From Marsupella aquatica (Eukaryota; Plantae; Marchantiophyta), in NCBI GenBank assembly GCA_973895155.1, contig OZ316893.1, positions 8,929,839-8,993,838 of the forward strand: a stretch of 64,000 nt of DNA. Direction: 5' to 3'. Shown in pieces: positions 48,410 to 61,864 of the stretch. The translations under genes and the position numbers were made by a program. The notes beneath the pieces are model-generated. The model was not told where the DNA came from. It saw only the letters and a list, made by a program, of their open reading frames with translations, and did no database searches. The stretch's first letter is position 1; the number at the start of each line of letters is the position of its first letter.

Positions 48410-50515
48410 TGTCACCGGGGGTGTCACCTACTTATCAAATGATTAACACAACAAATACCACACGGGTTCCACTAAAAATTGTTTGTATCGTATGATGGGG
48501 ACGTGGAGGGACGCTATATGGATTAATTTCCTACTAAGGATGAGTAGATTTGTTTCTGCTCCCAAAAATGTATTTTTTGATCAAGTCTACCGACTATACG
48601 TGTACTCCGCTTTTGATCAAGTCATGTGGACTACCTTGTTCCTACTCCTCTTGGCCTTTGGCAAAGTGCTGTCACCACTCTCCCACTCACAGGGTCGACC
48701 AAGCCATGTGAGTTTCTCTAAACATGCATACTAGGGGAAGAACACAATCGTGCAACCAAGAGAGAGAACACCACAAAAGAATTCATAAAAATCCAACCAA
48801 ATCTATATCTCTTGGTGGCCAAGTTAACACATTGCTTGGGCAACCTGGTCTCCTATCGTCTACCCAACTCCTGCCTCACTAGACAATGAGCCCTCTCCAC
48901 CTCAATACTTCGGATCAATTCCCTATTCTTGTTGAAGGCTAATCCTCACAAAAACAACACTAGACTGAGTTCACCCCCTTAGCTCACTACAGGGATCCCC
49001 CTAAATACTAAAAAAACACACCAAAGCACCCCTCATGGGGTTACAACGATGGCGGTTACCCTAGCGACGCCGCTAAAATCTTTCACAAGAAATCCCTAAC
49101 CTAAAACATGCGACACACACATGCTTCTAAAGCCCTAATCTAACTACGGGACCAGCGGTGCCTTCGACGATGCCAAACAACAATCCGAAATCCATAGTCT
49201 CGGGGAAGTGAGGAGGCCCTCACATGGTCAAAAACTCAAATATTTGAAACTACTTCCCTAAGGGGATCCTGGACAGCCCTGCTCCTCCTGATCACGGATC
49301 CGTAAACGACACTCAAAACGGATCCCGAACGGTCGAGATATGATTGTTTAAGTTTTTACAGGACACCGTCCCCCTCCATTTCGTCCATACAACACCAGGG
49401 GGCCCCGGCTTTGAAAAACACAGATCACGGTCTCCGTAGGTGCTGCTACTTCCTCCTCCCCTTGGAAAATTGGGACCTCCTGTAGTACGGACGTCCGTAC
49501 GGCCTTCAAACTCCTGTATTCTCAAAAAAATGTGATCCACTGTATCTCCTCCATCTTAGCTCCGTTTTGGCCGTGTGACATGTCATTGGATTCAGCTAGG
49601 TGAGCTCTTTCCAACAAGCCCGTAAAATCCTGATTTTGAGATGGTCAAAAATCTGATGTTCGTACAACTAGGGTCCGTACACACATTGAAAGGAAACACA
49701 ACAGGGAAAGGATTTAGGGTTTAGGATTGGGTGGGAACCTCACAAGTGAGAATAGAGAAAAAAGGAAGGAAGAAAGTGTGAGGGGCCCTCCTATGGATGT
49801 GTCCTTCTACGGAGTACCTCTCCTACGGAGTGCCCTCCTACGGAGTGCCCCTTCTACGAAGTGGTTCTACGGAGTGCCCCTTCTACGGAGTGGGGAAGGG
49901 AAAGAGAGCAAAAACCATGTGAGGACCACACAAAGGGTGAAGGGGAACACAAGTGTGGGAATCCCTTCCTTCTAAGGGCCCTCCCACCATCACTACTCCA
50001 AGATTGCCTAGTTTTACTAGTTTTACGGGCATCGAGGTTTCTCAAGATGTCACTATTTGGTACAAACCTAAACTCAACTAGGGAACCCAAATTTCGCATG
50101 GGGCTCATTGAGGGCTTCAAAATGAATCCAAACATGACCATGTTTGGAATAGTACTAGCGCAGCAACGTTTGTTTCAAATTTAAATGTTTTCTATATTTT
50201 GGTCATTATTCCCGTTTTGCGCCTTATGTGGAGCCTCCGGCCAGCCCTCACCCCTCTAAGATGCCCACACCGTGTCTCCAAGTCCTTGGGATGCCTTGTG
50301 GCCTCCTTGTACCCCCTCAATGGTTCCCTTGTCATCCATCACCGCCTGGCACCCCTCTCAACTCTGGTCTCCGGTTGTCGCATCCATTTATTAGAACTAA
50401 CAAAAATAAAAAATTGGAAAATTCAAACACTTTTGCTACACCTACTTGTCTTTCTAATTATATACGCAATTATAAGTCCTCACTAAGTTACTACCGGGTT
50501 TGGGGCCCTGTCATA
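48410..50515. mobile_element. Solo LTR (~2.1 kb), TSD TATGG
   Basis: tgtcacc...gggccctgtcata is flanked by tatgg on both sides; homologous along its length to 53322-55558. Confidence 0.8.
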
Positions 50516-53321
50516 TATGGGCATTGCCAGTTGGTGGCGCGCCCAGATATGCGTGTTGGGGTCTAGGTGGGGGCCCAAAATTTGGAGACCAAAGTTGGTT
50601 TGGGGGTGGCAGGTCTCCAGAAGCATATATGAGGGGAGTGGTGTCTCCTTGGGGGCTAAGATCGAGCCGAAGTTGTGAGCCGCGGTGGTCGCGACACTAA
50701 GGAAAAATGCCAAACGGAAACGACGATAACTTCATAACGGGAAGTCCGTTGAGGGACTTCTTGGGTGCATTGGAAAGCTCTCAAGGAGGGCTATGTCCTC
50801 CTGATCTCAGCTGGGTCTGGGGATGACATAAGTTCTTGGGGTTTGCGGGGGCTATCTCGCCCGCTTGCCAAATCCTGCCAAAACAGCAATCAAGCTGCGT
50901 TCAGCCTCCCAAGGAGCTTGCATTGGGGAGGCAAGGTCAAGTAGGCGTGGAGGTTGAATTTCAAAGGTACTTGGCCCCTAGACCATCAATGGGCGAGAAA
51001 TGGGAGTGGGTTGCTAGAGTCGGGGCTATTCTGGTCCCGACGTGTTGGGACAAGCTTTAGGACAAGCTATGCTAATTGGGCCATGAGCATGTCCTAGGGG
51101 CAGGGCGGTCAGTTGGTGATAGATAGGTACGAGGGGGAACCCGGGCTACGCCGAAGGAAGAAGTTGTTATGGACGAACAATGGGCGTCGGTTCTGGTTCC
51201 AGCTTATGGCATCGGGAGGACCTATCACTGACCTATTTACCAATGTCTGTTGAGCTTGAGTTATGATGCTAGACTGGGGAAATCTAGATCCTGAGGGGTT
51301 ACTTACCACACTCAGTTGCTTGTGCAGACAGTGAGGACCGTTGAGTAGCGGTCGTGTTGGAGAGCAAGTGCGTCTTCGTATGGGAGGGGCCGCAGGCAGT
51401 GCAAGGGGCATCAAGTTGCTTGCTCAAGGTATTCCGTGGAGGTGTTCGATCACCAAAGGCACTTAGGCATGGGTGCTGGGATTGGTGAGGGCGTTGGGTG
51501 GCAAGGTACATCACTTTTACTTACTAGAACAAACAATATTTGTGATTATAAAGGATTATATATCAAAGATATTTTATTTAGTATTTCATTAGCATTATGT
51601 TTGTTATCTTTGGCAAGTATATAAAGTTTTTGGGTAAATTGTATCTATTTTGTGTTGATGGCAGGCCAGGCTTTATTTATTAGTTATCATCGCACTAATT
51701 CAAGCATAATTTTGATTTATTATTACTTGAAAAAATAAATTTAATGATATATGCAAAAGATAAAAGATTGAATCCCTATTTGCAAACCTGTTTTGTTCCA
51801 TCAACAAGTTTGTAAAAATAAAATTTAATTAACTTTACTACAATGTTACGAACAATAGCCTCTACATCATTCACAATTGGGTGTACCTTGCAAGAACCAC
51901 TTTCAGGACTCAAAATATGTTTTTTAGTGAAAATGACTTTTGTAACATGGCAAAAGCTTCAATCATGATTTTATCTCAAGACATTAACTCTAATTTTTTC
52001 ACTAAAATGTTTTACATGCTCTAACCTACCTCACCATGTAGATAAATCAAGTTTTTGACTTTTTTAGGGGATCCTATTATTGATGGCCCTAAATGAGCCA
52101 AAATTATTGATTATTTTTGTCCTGTACATCAAGGTTTGGTATGTGTCAATATTTGAGTTTTGAAATATAAGATTATCCTATTAATATGCATGCTTTGGTA
52201 AAATTTCATTATCTAAAATATATATTTTTAGAGTCCTGTTGAATCCTAAATGATGTGACCCCTTGCATGACAAGTCCTTTTATCAATCTTTGAAGGGCAT
52301 ATAAGGAAAGCTTCAAAGTCTCAAATGCTAGATAGTTTAATGAAGGTTACCAACCTACATGATATTTATTAAGTATAGTACATCAAATTTTGCATATTAT
52401 CTCATTACACCTTACAAATGATATCCTAAAGCATGATAAATTATGGTCACTTCTAAGTAAGTGTGACGTTCCTTTTTGGTCCTCCAATTGTGAATGTTTT
52501 TCTTTTAGCTTTTCTCATAGATTCGTTCTGTCATCTTATTCAAGATAATTTGAAATTAAGCCTTGTTATTAATTAGAAAATAATTTGATATAGTGAATAT
52601 CCATATTCACCATATATATACAATTATTTGAGTTGAGCCTGGACGAATAAACATGGAGGGTTGTATACTCTTCAAGGAAAATAATAAAATATTTATCTAA
52701 AATGATTTAGATGAATATATTACATTTTACTCTATATCATTGATAAGAAAAAAGGAAATTATTGATCTTGAAACATAGAATTTCTAAACTTGGGCGAGTC
52801 ATTGATAGTAAGTTCATGTCTGTCAATTTGCTGAACATCAGTCGCTGAAGGTTACTTGTCCGTTGACGATGAAAATCATACTTTCTTGCAACACAAAAAC
52901 TCAACTCAAATGAACTTCAGAGCGTATAATCATGGCCTTGGAAAATCAACCTAAGCAAGAGAGCTCAATTTGAAGAACCTGCCAAAGTGCTAAATTGTAG
53001 TGTAGATATAGATCCTATCTCTGTAACATTTGTCAAGCAGATGAATCCAAGTTATAAGTCAAAGGAGGGCCACAAGTAAGTTACATCCAAAGACAATCAC
53101 AAATTAGATGCTTTTATGTTCCAGATGATCAGGATACCTATAAACTGGCCTAGAGGGATCATCCGTCCAAAAAGTAGAGGTCTGTAGGGACAAGTTGTCA
53201 TTTATCATGGCTAACTAGCCCGATGGCCGTGCATTGTACAAAAGATATTGAGGCAAGGCAAAGATGTTTAGGTACATGAGGCAAATATATCAAGGCAAGG
53301 CAAGAAAATGCAAATGATATC

Positions 53322-55558
53322 TGTCACCTGCTTATCAAACAATTTACACGACAAATACATATTTTCTTCTACGTTTGTTATTGTATGATGGGAACATGGA
53401 GGGACACTGTTTGGATTATATTTCACGTAGGATGAGTATATTTATTTCTGCTCATGGAAATGTAAATTTTGATCAAGTTTACCGAATAGCCCCATTGCTT
53501 TTGATCAAGTCCCATGGAATACTCCACACCCACTCTTGCTGGTCGCTGGTGGAGTGCTATCACCACCCCTCCTACTCACATGGTTGATTGATCCATGCAA
53601 GGATTCCTTAGACTGAATCTCTTGGGGAAAGACACAATCATGACACAAAAAAGATAACGCCGTACCAAAACTTCAGGAATCAAACCAAATCCATATCTTT
53701 TGGTGAACAATCATAACACATTGCAAGGACAATTCGGCCTCCTACCGTCTGTCTAACTCTTGCCTCACTGGGACAAATGCTACGTCTCTACCTCACTACT
53801 CTGGCTTGATTCCCTCTTCTAGCTATGAGATAACTTCCCTTAACAAACACTAGACTTAGCTCCCCCTGCACCTATCGGAGGTTGCCCTCAAATACAAAAA
53901 ACCAAAGCACACAAGCCCTACAAGGGTGAGGCAGTAACTGCTCTGGCTGGCCACTACCCCGGCTAGCCACTACCCCCTGGCAGCGCCACTAACCTCAAAA
54001 CCTAACTTACATGCAACACACACATGTGTCACCAACCTACCATATCCTAAGGGAAACCAACAGTGCCTTTGACGGTGCCCACCACCACTCCGCTAAACTT
54101 GAGTCCACCACCTCCTATCCTGTCTATCTATCCTGCCTACCCAGCCTCAATCCTCTTGATCACCACCACTGGTCTGTCGTAAAAAAGAGGACCCCTACAA
54201 TTGTTGAAACTAAAATTTTCTCAGAATTCACTTTTGGAAAAAAAAACTCCAAGGAGCCCTGCCCTTCCTGATCATGGCTCCGTAAACGGCGCACAAAATG
54301 GAGGTCAAACGGTTGAGAAATGGCTGTTTACATTTTTACAATAATCGGGGCACCGTCTCCCTCCTCTCTATCCGTACAACACACGACCCCGGCTTTTCAA
54401 AACATGGATCACGGATCCCCGTAGGTGATGCTACTTCCTCCTTCCCTTGGGAAGTCGGGACCTCCTGCAGTACAAACGTCCATACGGCCTCAAAACTCCT
54501 ATATTCTAAAAAAACATGCGATCCATTGTATCTCCTCCATCTTAGGGTTTTGGCCATGTGACATGTCATTGGGTTTGGCTCAGCGAGCTCTTTTCAAAAA
54601 TCCCCTGATTCTAAGATGGTCAAAAGTCTGATGTTCATACAACTAGGGTCTGTACATACGAGTGAGAAAAGAGAAGGAGTGAAGGAAGAAAGTGTGGGGG
54701 CGCCTTCTACGGAGTGAGGAAGGGAAAATGTGGGGGGCCCTTCTACGGAGTGGGGAAGGAAAAATTTGGGAGCCCCGTCTACGGAGTGGGGAAGGGAAAA
54801 TGTGGAAGCCCCGTCTACTGAGTGGGGAAGAGAAAATGTGGAAGCCCCGTCTACTGAGTGGGGAAGAGAAAATGTGGAAGAGCCCCTTCTACAGAGTGGG
54901 GAAGGGAAAATGTGGAAGTCCCTTCTACGGAGTGTGGAAGGAAGGAGAGCAAAAACATGTGAGGACCACACAAAGGGTGAAAGGGAAAGGGGAACACAAG
55001 CATGGGAACCCCTTCCTTCTAAGGGCCGTCCCATCATCACTACTTCAAGATTGTCTAGTTTTGTCATTTTACGGGCATTGAGGTTTCTTAAGGTGCCACT
55101 GTTTGATACATACATGAACTCAACCAAGAACCCCAATTTTGCATGGGGCTCATTGAGGGCTTCAAAATGAATCCAAACATGACCATGTTTGGAATAGTAC
55201 TAGCGCAACAATGTCTATTTTAAGTTTCAATATTTTCAATCTATATTTTGGTCATTATTTCCGTTTTGCGCCTTATGTGGAGCCTCCGGCTAGCCCCCAC
55301 CCATCTAGGATGCCCACACCTTGGCCTCCAAGTCCTTGGGCTGCCTTTAGGCCTCCATGTACCCCCTCAATGGCTCCATTGTCATCCATCACCACTCGAC
55401 ACCCCTCTCAACTCCGGCCTCCGGTTGTTGCATAAATTTATTAGAACTAACAAAAATTAAAAATTAAAAAAGTAACCCAAACACTTTTGCTACACCTACT
55501 TGTCTTTCTATTTACATGCACAATTATAAGTCATCACTAAGTTACGGGCCCTATCACA
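53322..55558. mobile_element. Solo LTR (~2.2 kb), same family, TSD ATATC/ACATC, inserted in a Helitron-like copy (3' end at 53215, - strand)
   Basis: tgtcacc...gggccctatcaca; internal ~37-bp tandem array ctacggagtggggaagggaaaatgtgg at 54700-54940. Confidence 0.8.
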
Positions 55559-55977
55559 ACATCAAGAAATGCAAGTGAGGCAAGGAAGTATAGTTGAGGC
55601 AAAGAAATGCATATGAGGCAAGGAAGTTAATGCACCATATGTGTCATGGTGGCGGGCATGGTGGTTAGGTCATGTTAGATGGAGGGATGATAATTTTCCA
55701 TTTCCCCCTCTTTTACTTTATCCCTCGCCGTACCCTCCCTTTCCCAGAATGAAGCCACCAGTGAACATCGATTGTTAGTGCAAACAGTTTGAACTTGTAA
55801 TTGCATTTATCTATTGCATTTGGCCCTCCATTAGTCCATCATGCTCTAATCACTTCATCCCTAAATTGTACATCCTGCCCTAAACTTGATCCATTATCTC
55901 ATAAGGCAAATTTTACATTAAGTGAAAATGACTTGCAATCATCAATAATTGTTACAGTGGATTGAAATGTACACTTA

Positions 55978-56300
55978 GGGCTAGGTTCCATGGGGCTGGG
56001 AGTAAGGAGTACGGATGCTGTCAGAATTTTTAAGCCAATAAGATTGCAGCTTGTCCAGGGACTGAGGGGTATACAAATACTGTATCAAGGAGTATGATTT
56101 TCCCTCACACTCCCTCTTAAACTTCAGAGGTACCCCCCTGCCCCTTTATAAGAACAGTACAGGGCATTCTCATTGGCTCCTGAGTCAAAATTTATACTTT
56201 TAAAATACTGTATACACCTTGGCATATGATGTATTTGAGCCCTAGTTAATGTCAGAGGGAGTGACCGTACTCCCTACCCCTGGCCCATGGAACCTGGCCC
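55978..56300. mobile_element. Tourist/PIF-Harbinger-like MITE, 323 bp
   Basis: 17-bp TIR gggc(t/c)aggttccatggg; TTA TSD on both sides. Confidence 0.85.
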
Positions 56301-59300
56301 TTACCCATAAGAGTTTGCACACACAATTACAACAGTTTTGCACTTATATATTTGCTGTTTAGTGTTGCCCTCGTTTCACTTATTTATTTCCCTTTGTGAT
56401 TTTTTCCTTTGTATTTTTCAGGGTAAGTCAAGAACTAGATCACCTGGTTACAAATATTCTCTTTATAGTTTTACTGACAATACTGTCTTAAAATGTATTA
56501 AGGTCCTGTTTCTCCAGCATTATGGGCAATAATAGCCCCTCAAAACTCAAGCTTGAGCTCTCATTTTGGGGTGCCTTATATCCCACATGGCCCTCTAAAG
56601 AGGACATCTACTACTGTAATAAGGAATCCCCCCCAAAATGGTGGGCTGTCCGTTTACAAATTTGTTTTTGGAGGGAACATTCTCTGACCATTGGATTCAT
56701 AATCTATTTTATCCTAGCCTTTCATTACTTAGTCAAAAAGCAATGTCCTAATCTAAAGAAAACAACACAAAGCAAACAAGACAAAAATACTTTGGTATCC
56801 CACAAAGATTTTGTAGAAGGGCGCCAATGATAGCATACTCTCTATGTGAGTGGCATATGTTTCCATTGGGATACCATGCGTTAAATCTACGTGTTAATGT
56901 TCCCCCATTTTACTGCCCGCTAACATTTTTATTCTCAAAACATAACCAAGACTCTACCATTTTGTCATCCGCTATGGCCCAATCAACTTTGTGCCATCAA
57001 CTTTGGGTTTACGTTCTGGCACCCTTCACTTGTTGTCATGCGCTCCAGCCCAAGTTTGCTGAAATATAAACCAAGATTCTCATGTATCATGACTTTTTAT
57101 CTAATTAAAAGTACTAGGCTTTGCATGAACACCTAGATTCAATCACCCCCTTAATTTTTTGAATTAAATCTTTCACTACGGACCCCCTTGACACATAAAT
57201 TCCAAGATTCTTGATTACCCTAAATGGATTCAAAACACCTTGCACCCCTTCCCTTGATAACTAAGGTGGGCATAGGGTGACAAGTTGGGATAATTAACTA
57301 AGGTGCATAGCGGCACCTTTAGGTTTGAAAAATCAACCAGAGAAACTTGCTTATGGAGTTCCCTCCTGAATGACATTTTGTAAAGAGACCATGATTTAAT
57401 TAAAGAACGTAAGTTAGAGTGAGATTACAAAATTATTATAATGTTAAGATAGCCTGATGCCCATGTGTTGCATAGAAGATGTCAAGGTGAAACAAGGAAA
57501 TGCAGGTGAGAAAAGGAAACCTGCAATTTATTTGCAGTCCAAGCATGGTCACGCTGTGCTACATGGAAGGAGAGAGTTTTTCCTTAGTTTTTTACCTTTA
57601 CTTATCCTTTTTTTTCTTTCCTTTTTCCCTTCCATGGGCCCTCCTTTTCTCTCCTTTTGCTCTTGCTTCCTCCAACCCTTACTCCCTCCAACCCTCCACC
57701 CTTTTCTTCCCTCCAACATGATTTAAAAATGGGAAAAGAAATGGGGGAAAAAGCAAATCAACTTAAAGGAAAAAGAGATACGTCTTTCACCTTTGATGAG
57801 GTTAGGTTCATGGGAACACACGCAAGCTTTAGTGCACTCTAGGCCTATCAGACATACCAAGTCTCTGTAACGCAACCTCTCTCTATCTCTCAAGTGATTC
57901 CATAACAATGAGCTTGAGTTCCTCTTCCATAAGTAAATACTACTTCAGTATATAGGATGGCAACACGGCTAACCTAACCAAGTGGATATCCACAGTGAGG
58001 CTAACTATGATTGGAGTCATAAGTCTAGACATAAGAAAAAATGCCTAACACATAAGTTTGAACTTATGTTGGGACAATATAAAGAAGAAAAGAGGAGCAA
58101 AATGAGAGACATTTTTCTATGTAGTGTGAGAAAACTTTTGGTTGTCCACACAGCAATTGCTTAGTGTGGAGTTCCACTAGCCTTCATCTTTTGTGGTTTA
58201 CTCTTTAATCTTTTGTTTGTCCCTTTACAAATAAATGGATCCTTTTCTTCTTTCGTGAGACATTGTGACAAGAGTCGTTTGGGAGGTACAACTATGAAAA
58301 CACACGAGGGAGATGAGAGATGTTCTTTCAATCTTATTTGACGCTCTTTGTTCACGGGCTAAGTAATTGACATGGCCGGCATTGAAGACATTCCTATCGG
58401 AGAGCAGGACTTCCAGCAATTCAGTGTAATGCCTGTTGCGAAAAACTGGATCAACATTTGTACTAGGCACGGGATCCAGTGTTCGAGTACAGTTTATCCA
58501 GTGTTCTCATGATGCATTACTGATTGATGTACCTTCTGATGACGACTCTACCTACATACATTCTTGGGAAACTAATACTTTCAATGTTTCGGGTTTACAG
58601 TCGACGATCAGGTCTGCGATTCTCGTCGTTGCGGTTCTTAAAATTCTACCTGGCAGAAGTATGAACCTGCTTTTCAGCTCATACAGAAGTAATTGTATTG
58701 TCTCAATCAGACCATGAATTGAAGTTACTGGGTAGTCAGCCAGCTATCCAGCAACATGCCTCATCGCAGTACACACATCTCTAAATCATTGTAGGCCATT
58801 TCCCATCCACTTTCAACCTTCTGTAGACATTTAGTCACTCTATTTTCGTAGCATCTAATTTCTATTTTCATACACGTTCAAATCTGACCTACTTGTACAT
58901 TCATTTACGTCGATTCCAACGTTGCTCTGGAGGATGATGTATGACGAAATATTTTGAACCTGAGGATGGACGAGGCAATTCGGGGGCCAAGAAAAAGAGT
59001 TTCTGGCCAGTGAACTGAGATTGAGAATCAGAGGTATTTACAGTGGCGATTTAGTATTGGGACTTTTCCACTCGTAGAAAGTTTCGGTTAAGAAGGTCCT
59101 CATTCGTCTGAGAAAAGTCTCGTAATATACACACAGAAATTTCAAGTATTTCTTAATCTATCCCTCGTCATAATCTATCACTTCGCCATGCGATTATCGT
59201 TTTCATACTAAAAATTTGAAGACAAGACCATAAGCACTGCTTCAAATCGTGAGCCTGAAAGTTGACACCCTCTATCATCCATATGTGTTCCTACAGAAGG

Positions 59301-59566
59301 AAAAGCACAAAAAACGAAGACATTAATCTCCTGGACACCGCAATTAAAGCTATGCACGGCATCCATGTAGTAAATGCCCACTTTGTTCCGAATATTGTAC
59401 CGACAACTCTTGGAGGCATGCATGAAGATTGTTTAATATCAAATTGCTGACAATGGTCACCAGTAAGAACGTTGAAGCCTCGCTTCTCGCATAAGCTTGA
59501 TCAAGAATTACGTCCTAAGTTCTACAGTCTGAGATTGCAAAACTCTGTACAAAAAAGAGTTGGCGC

Positions 59567-61864
59567 TCACGCAACAATGAAAGGGAGGACAATTTGCATG
59601 AACTTCTCGAACTTCAATGTCGCCGATCCTGTCAAATTCTTATCCTCGGTTTTGAATCGGTCTGTCAGGCCCTGCACATTCATTCCACGCGGATGTCAGA
59701 GTGCTGATTTGAAGAATGTCGGAGGAAGGGTCGCTCAACCACGACCGAGACTTCGACAATGGCCAAAGATACAAAGTACATCATGACTTCCTACACGAGA
59801 ACGTCTATCGAAACAATATACCTTGACAACGAGTCCACACTCGATGAAGTTATCGTAATCTAGGGCCCGATTTTGACCCGTACGATCATATTTGGAAATC
59901 AGAATCTGGAGCAAAGGGCTGGAGATGGCATAGCCCAGGTGGATGAAAGCATCTCGAAGCTCTCCCTGGTCAATTGTTCCACTTCGGTCTCTATCAAACA
60001 TCTCGAAAACACCCTGCAAAGCAACGCACATTTCGATAACAACGAGAGTCCAGGAAACTCAATTTAAGTCCTGAATCCTGAGATCTCACGCATGAAGTCA
60101 AGCCCGCCTTCTTAAAAACCATGGCGCTAAGGACTAACAACTTCGCAGATAGAAGTAATCCTAGAGCAGAGAAACGCTCGTTGAATCCAGAGTAACAGAA
60201 ACGAAATGATTCCGACGTTCTCTGAAATTAAAGACCTGAAAATGGATACATTAAAGGAATTAAGCATTTGAAGACAATAAAGAGAATTACCCTCCAGTCC
60301 TTCAGTTCTTTCCACAATGCTACAAAATCATTTGGCCCTGCATTGACAAAGAAAAGCGAAATTTCGGAAGACCGGTCAGAACTTTTCAGCCTAAAAATTT
60401 GCCCATGACAAAAATCTACGTCCCAAAGACACTTTCGTCGACTGGTGTACTGATTCACTACTCAAAAACATTTTGCGTTCCACGAAAATGAGCATGATGT
60501 CCCCAATATTCATTGCATAGTCAATTTTCAACGGCACATCCTTTGCTTGCCGTGTGTCGAACACTCAGATACAAAGATTTTTCTAATTGTGATAATGGCA
60601 TTCTAACTGTACAAACGTGCATGGAATTCTGTTTGTGCAAACAGGGCAGTGCTCATCGGAAGTGAGTTTGGTTCGCGTCAAACGGAGTCAGCCATCAGCA
60701 ATTTCAGAGCCTATCAAGCCTGAGTTTGCAAAATCTCAGTGAGATGACAACAATGGCAAACTATCCTGGTAGCGCTCGCTTGTCCTTGGCTATTGATCCA
60801 TACATCCACCCGGCTACCGGATTTATTTTTCTTGCGCTCAGGATATTGATCCCATCCCAGTCCATCGCCTGTTGGGTCTCGAGGACTTCCCAATATCCAT
60901 CCGCAGCTTCTTTCTCAGAAACACACACTAACCACTATCCCTCGGTCGGAAAGATTACTACTACTGGCCCCTTTCTAATCCTTGACTAATGCGATCTACT
61001 CCTGTTGAGACTAGACGACTTGCCCGACGTTTATGCACGATTCCGTATACGCTTCCACATTTTGATTCACAGACACTCAATCTAGGAACCAACATTTGTA
61101 TGGCAATTGCCCCTAGCTAATCTTCGACTCACGCTCATCTCGCAGCAGGAAGACTCCATTCACTCATACCTTAGTCCTCTGGAATACACAAAAAAACGAC
61201 CAGACTCGACATCGCCATCGATCAATCAACCAACCAATCTCAAAGACCACAGCGGTCAGCACTTGACCGGCGTTGTCCAGGCGTAAGTGCTGTATGTCTC
61301 TTCCCCAGCACTTAGGAATCAGTGTCATCAGGACGGGTGGAGTAGAGGAAACACCAATCAAATGACCATGAACAAAGATACACGATAGCCCAGCCCACCT
61401 ATTTTGTCGGTACCGTTGGCGCTGAAGAGATGCAGCATGAGATTCACGGTCCGGGTGCTAAACGGAATGTATACTGAAGCTGACACGACTCTGCTTAACT
61501 CATCAGCGTCTATAAACCCACTTCCATCGTAATCTCCTGCCTCGAAGGCCCTGATGGCTTCAGGATCCGTTCCAGGGGGAAACCAGACCCGAATCCGCCC
61601 AACTCCCTGCCCATACCGCACAGGTCTGTTCGAGTTGTATCGCCCTGAGGTCGAGCCAGCAGCCGTGTATGTCGCTTGAGGAGGCTGCCCAAATGGCTGG
61701 TTAAACTCCCCATAGCGTGGTTGTTGCTCACCGAATCCTGTATAAGACGGCTGCTGCGCTAACCCTGAATTTACAATTGCTGTCGGATCTCCATACCGCC
61801 CCGAACTCGTGCCTGCAGAGTTGTAGTATCCTTGAGGAGCATACGGAGACGTTTGAGCACGCAT
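59567..61864 (-). CDS. Penta-EF-hand calcium-binding protein (CML49/50, peflin/ALG-2-like); exons 61399-61864, 60291-60337, 59822-60013, 59567-59671 (269 aa)
   Basis: G/Y/P/Q-rich N-terminus; FPPGTDP, DYDGSGFIDADEL, FDRDRSGTIDQGEL, LDYDNFIECGLVVKGLTDRFK, VLPFIVA*. GT-AG introns keep the frame. Confidence 0.92.

Noticed and set aside
47924-51510. GC-rich flanks of the first solo LTR as another defined LTR element
   Set aside because: Probably TE-derived, but I could not establish termini, TSD or coding remnants.
48410-55558. One full LTR retrotransposon bounded by the two long repeats
   Set aside because: Each repeat has its own TSD, they are clearly diverged, and no gag/pol or PBS was seen between them.
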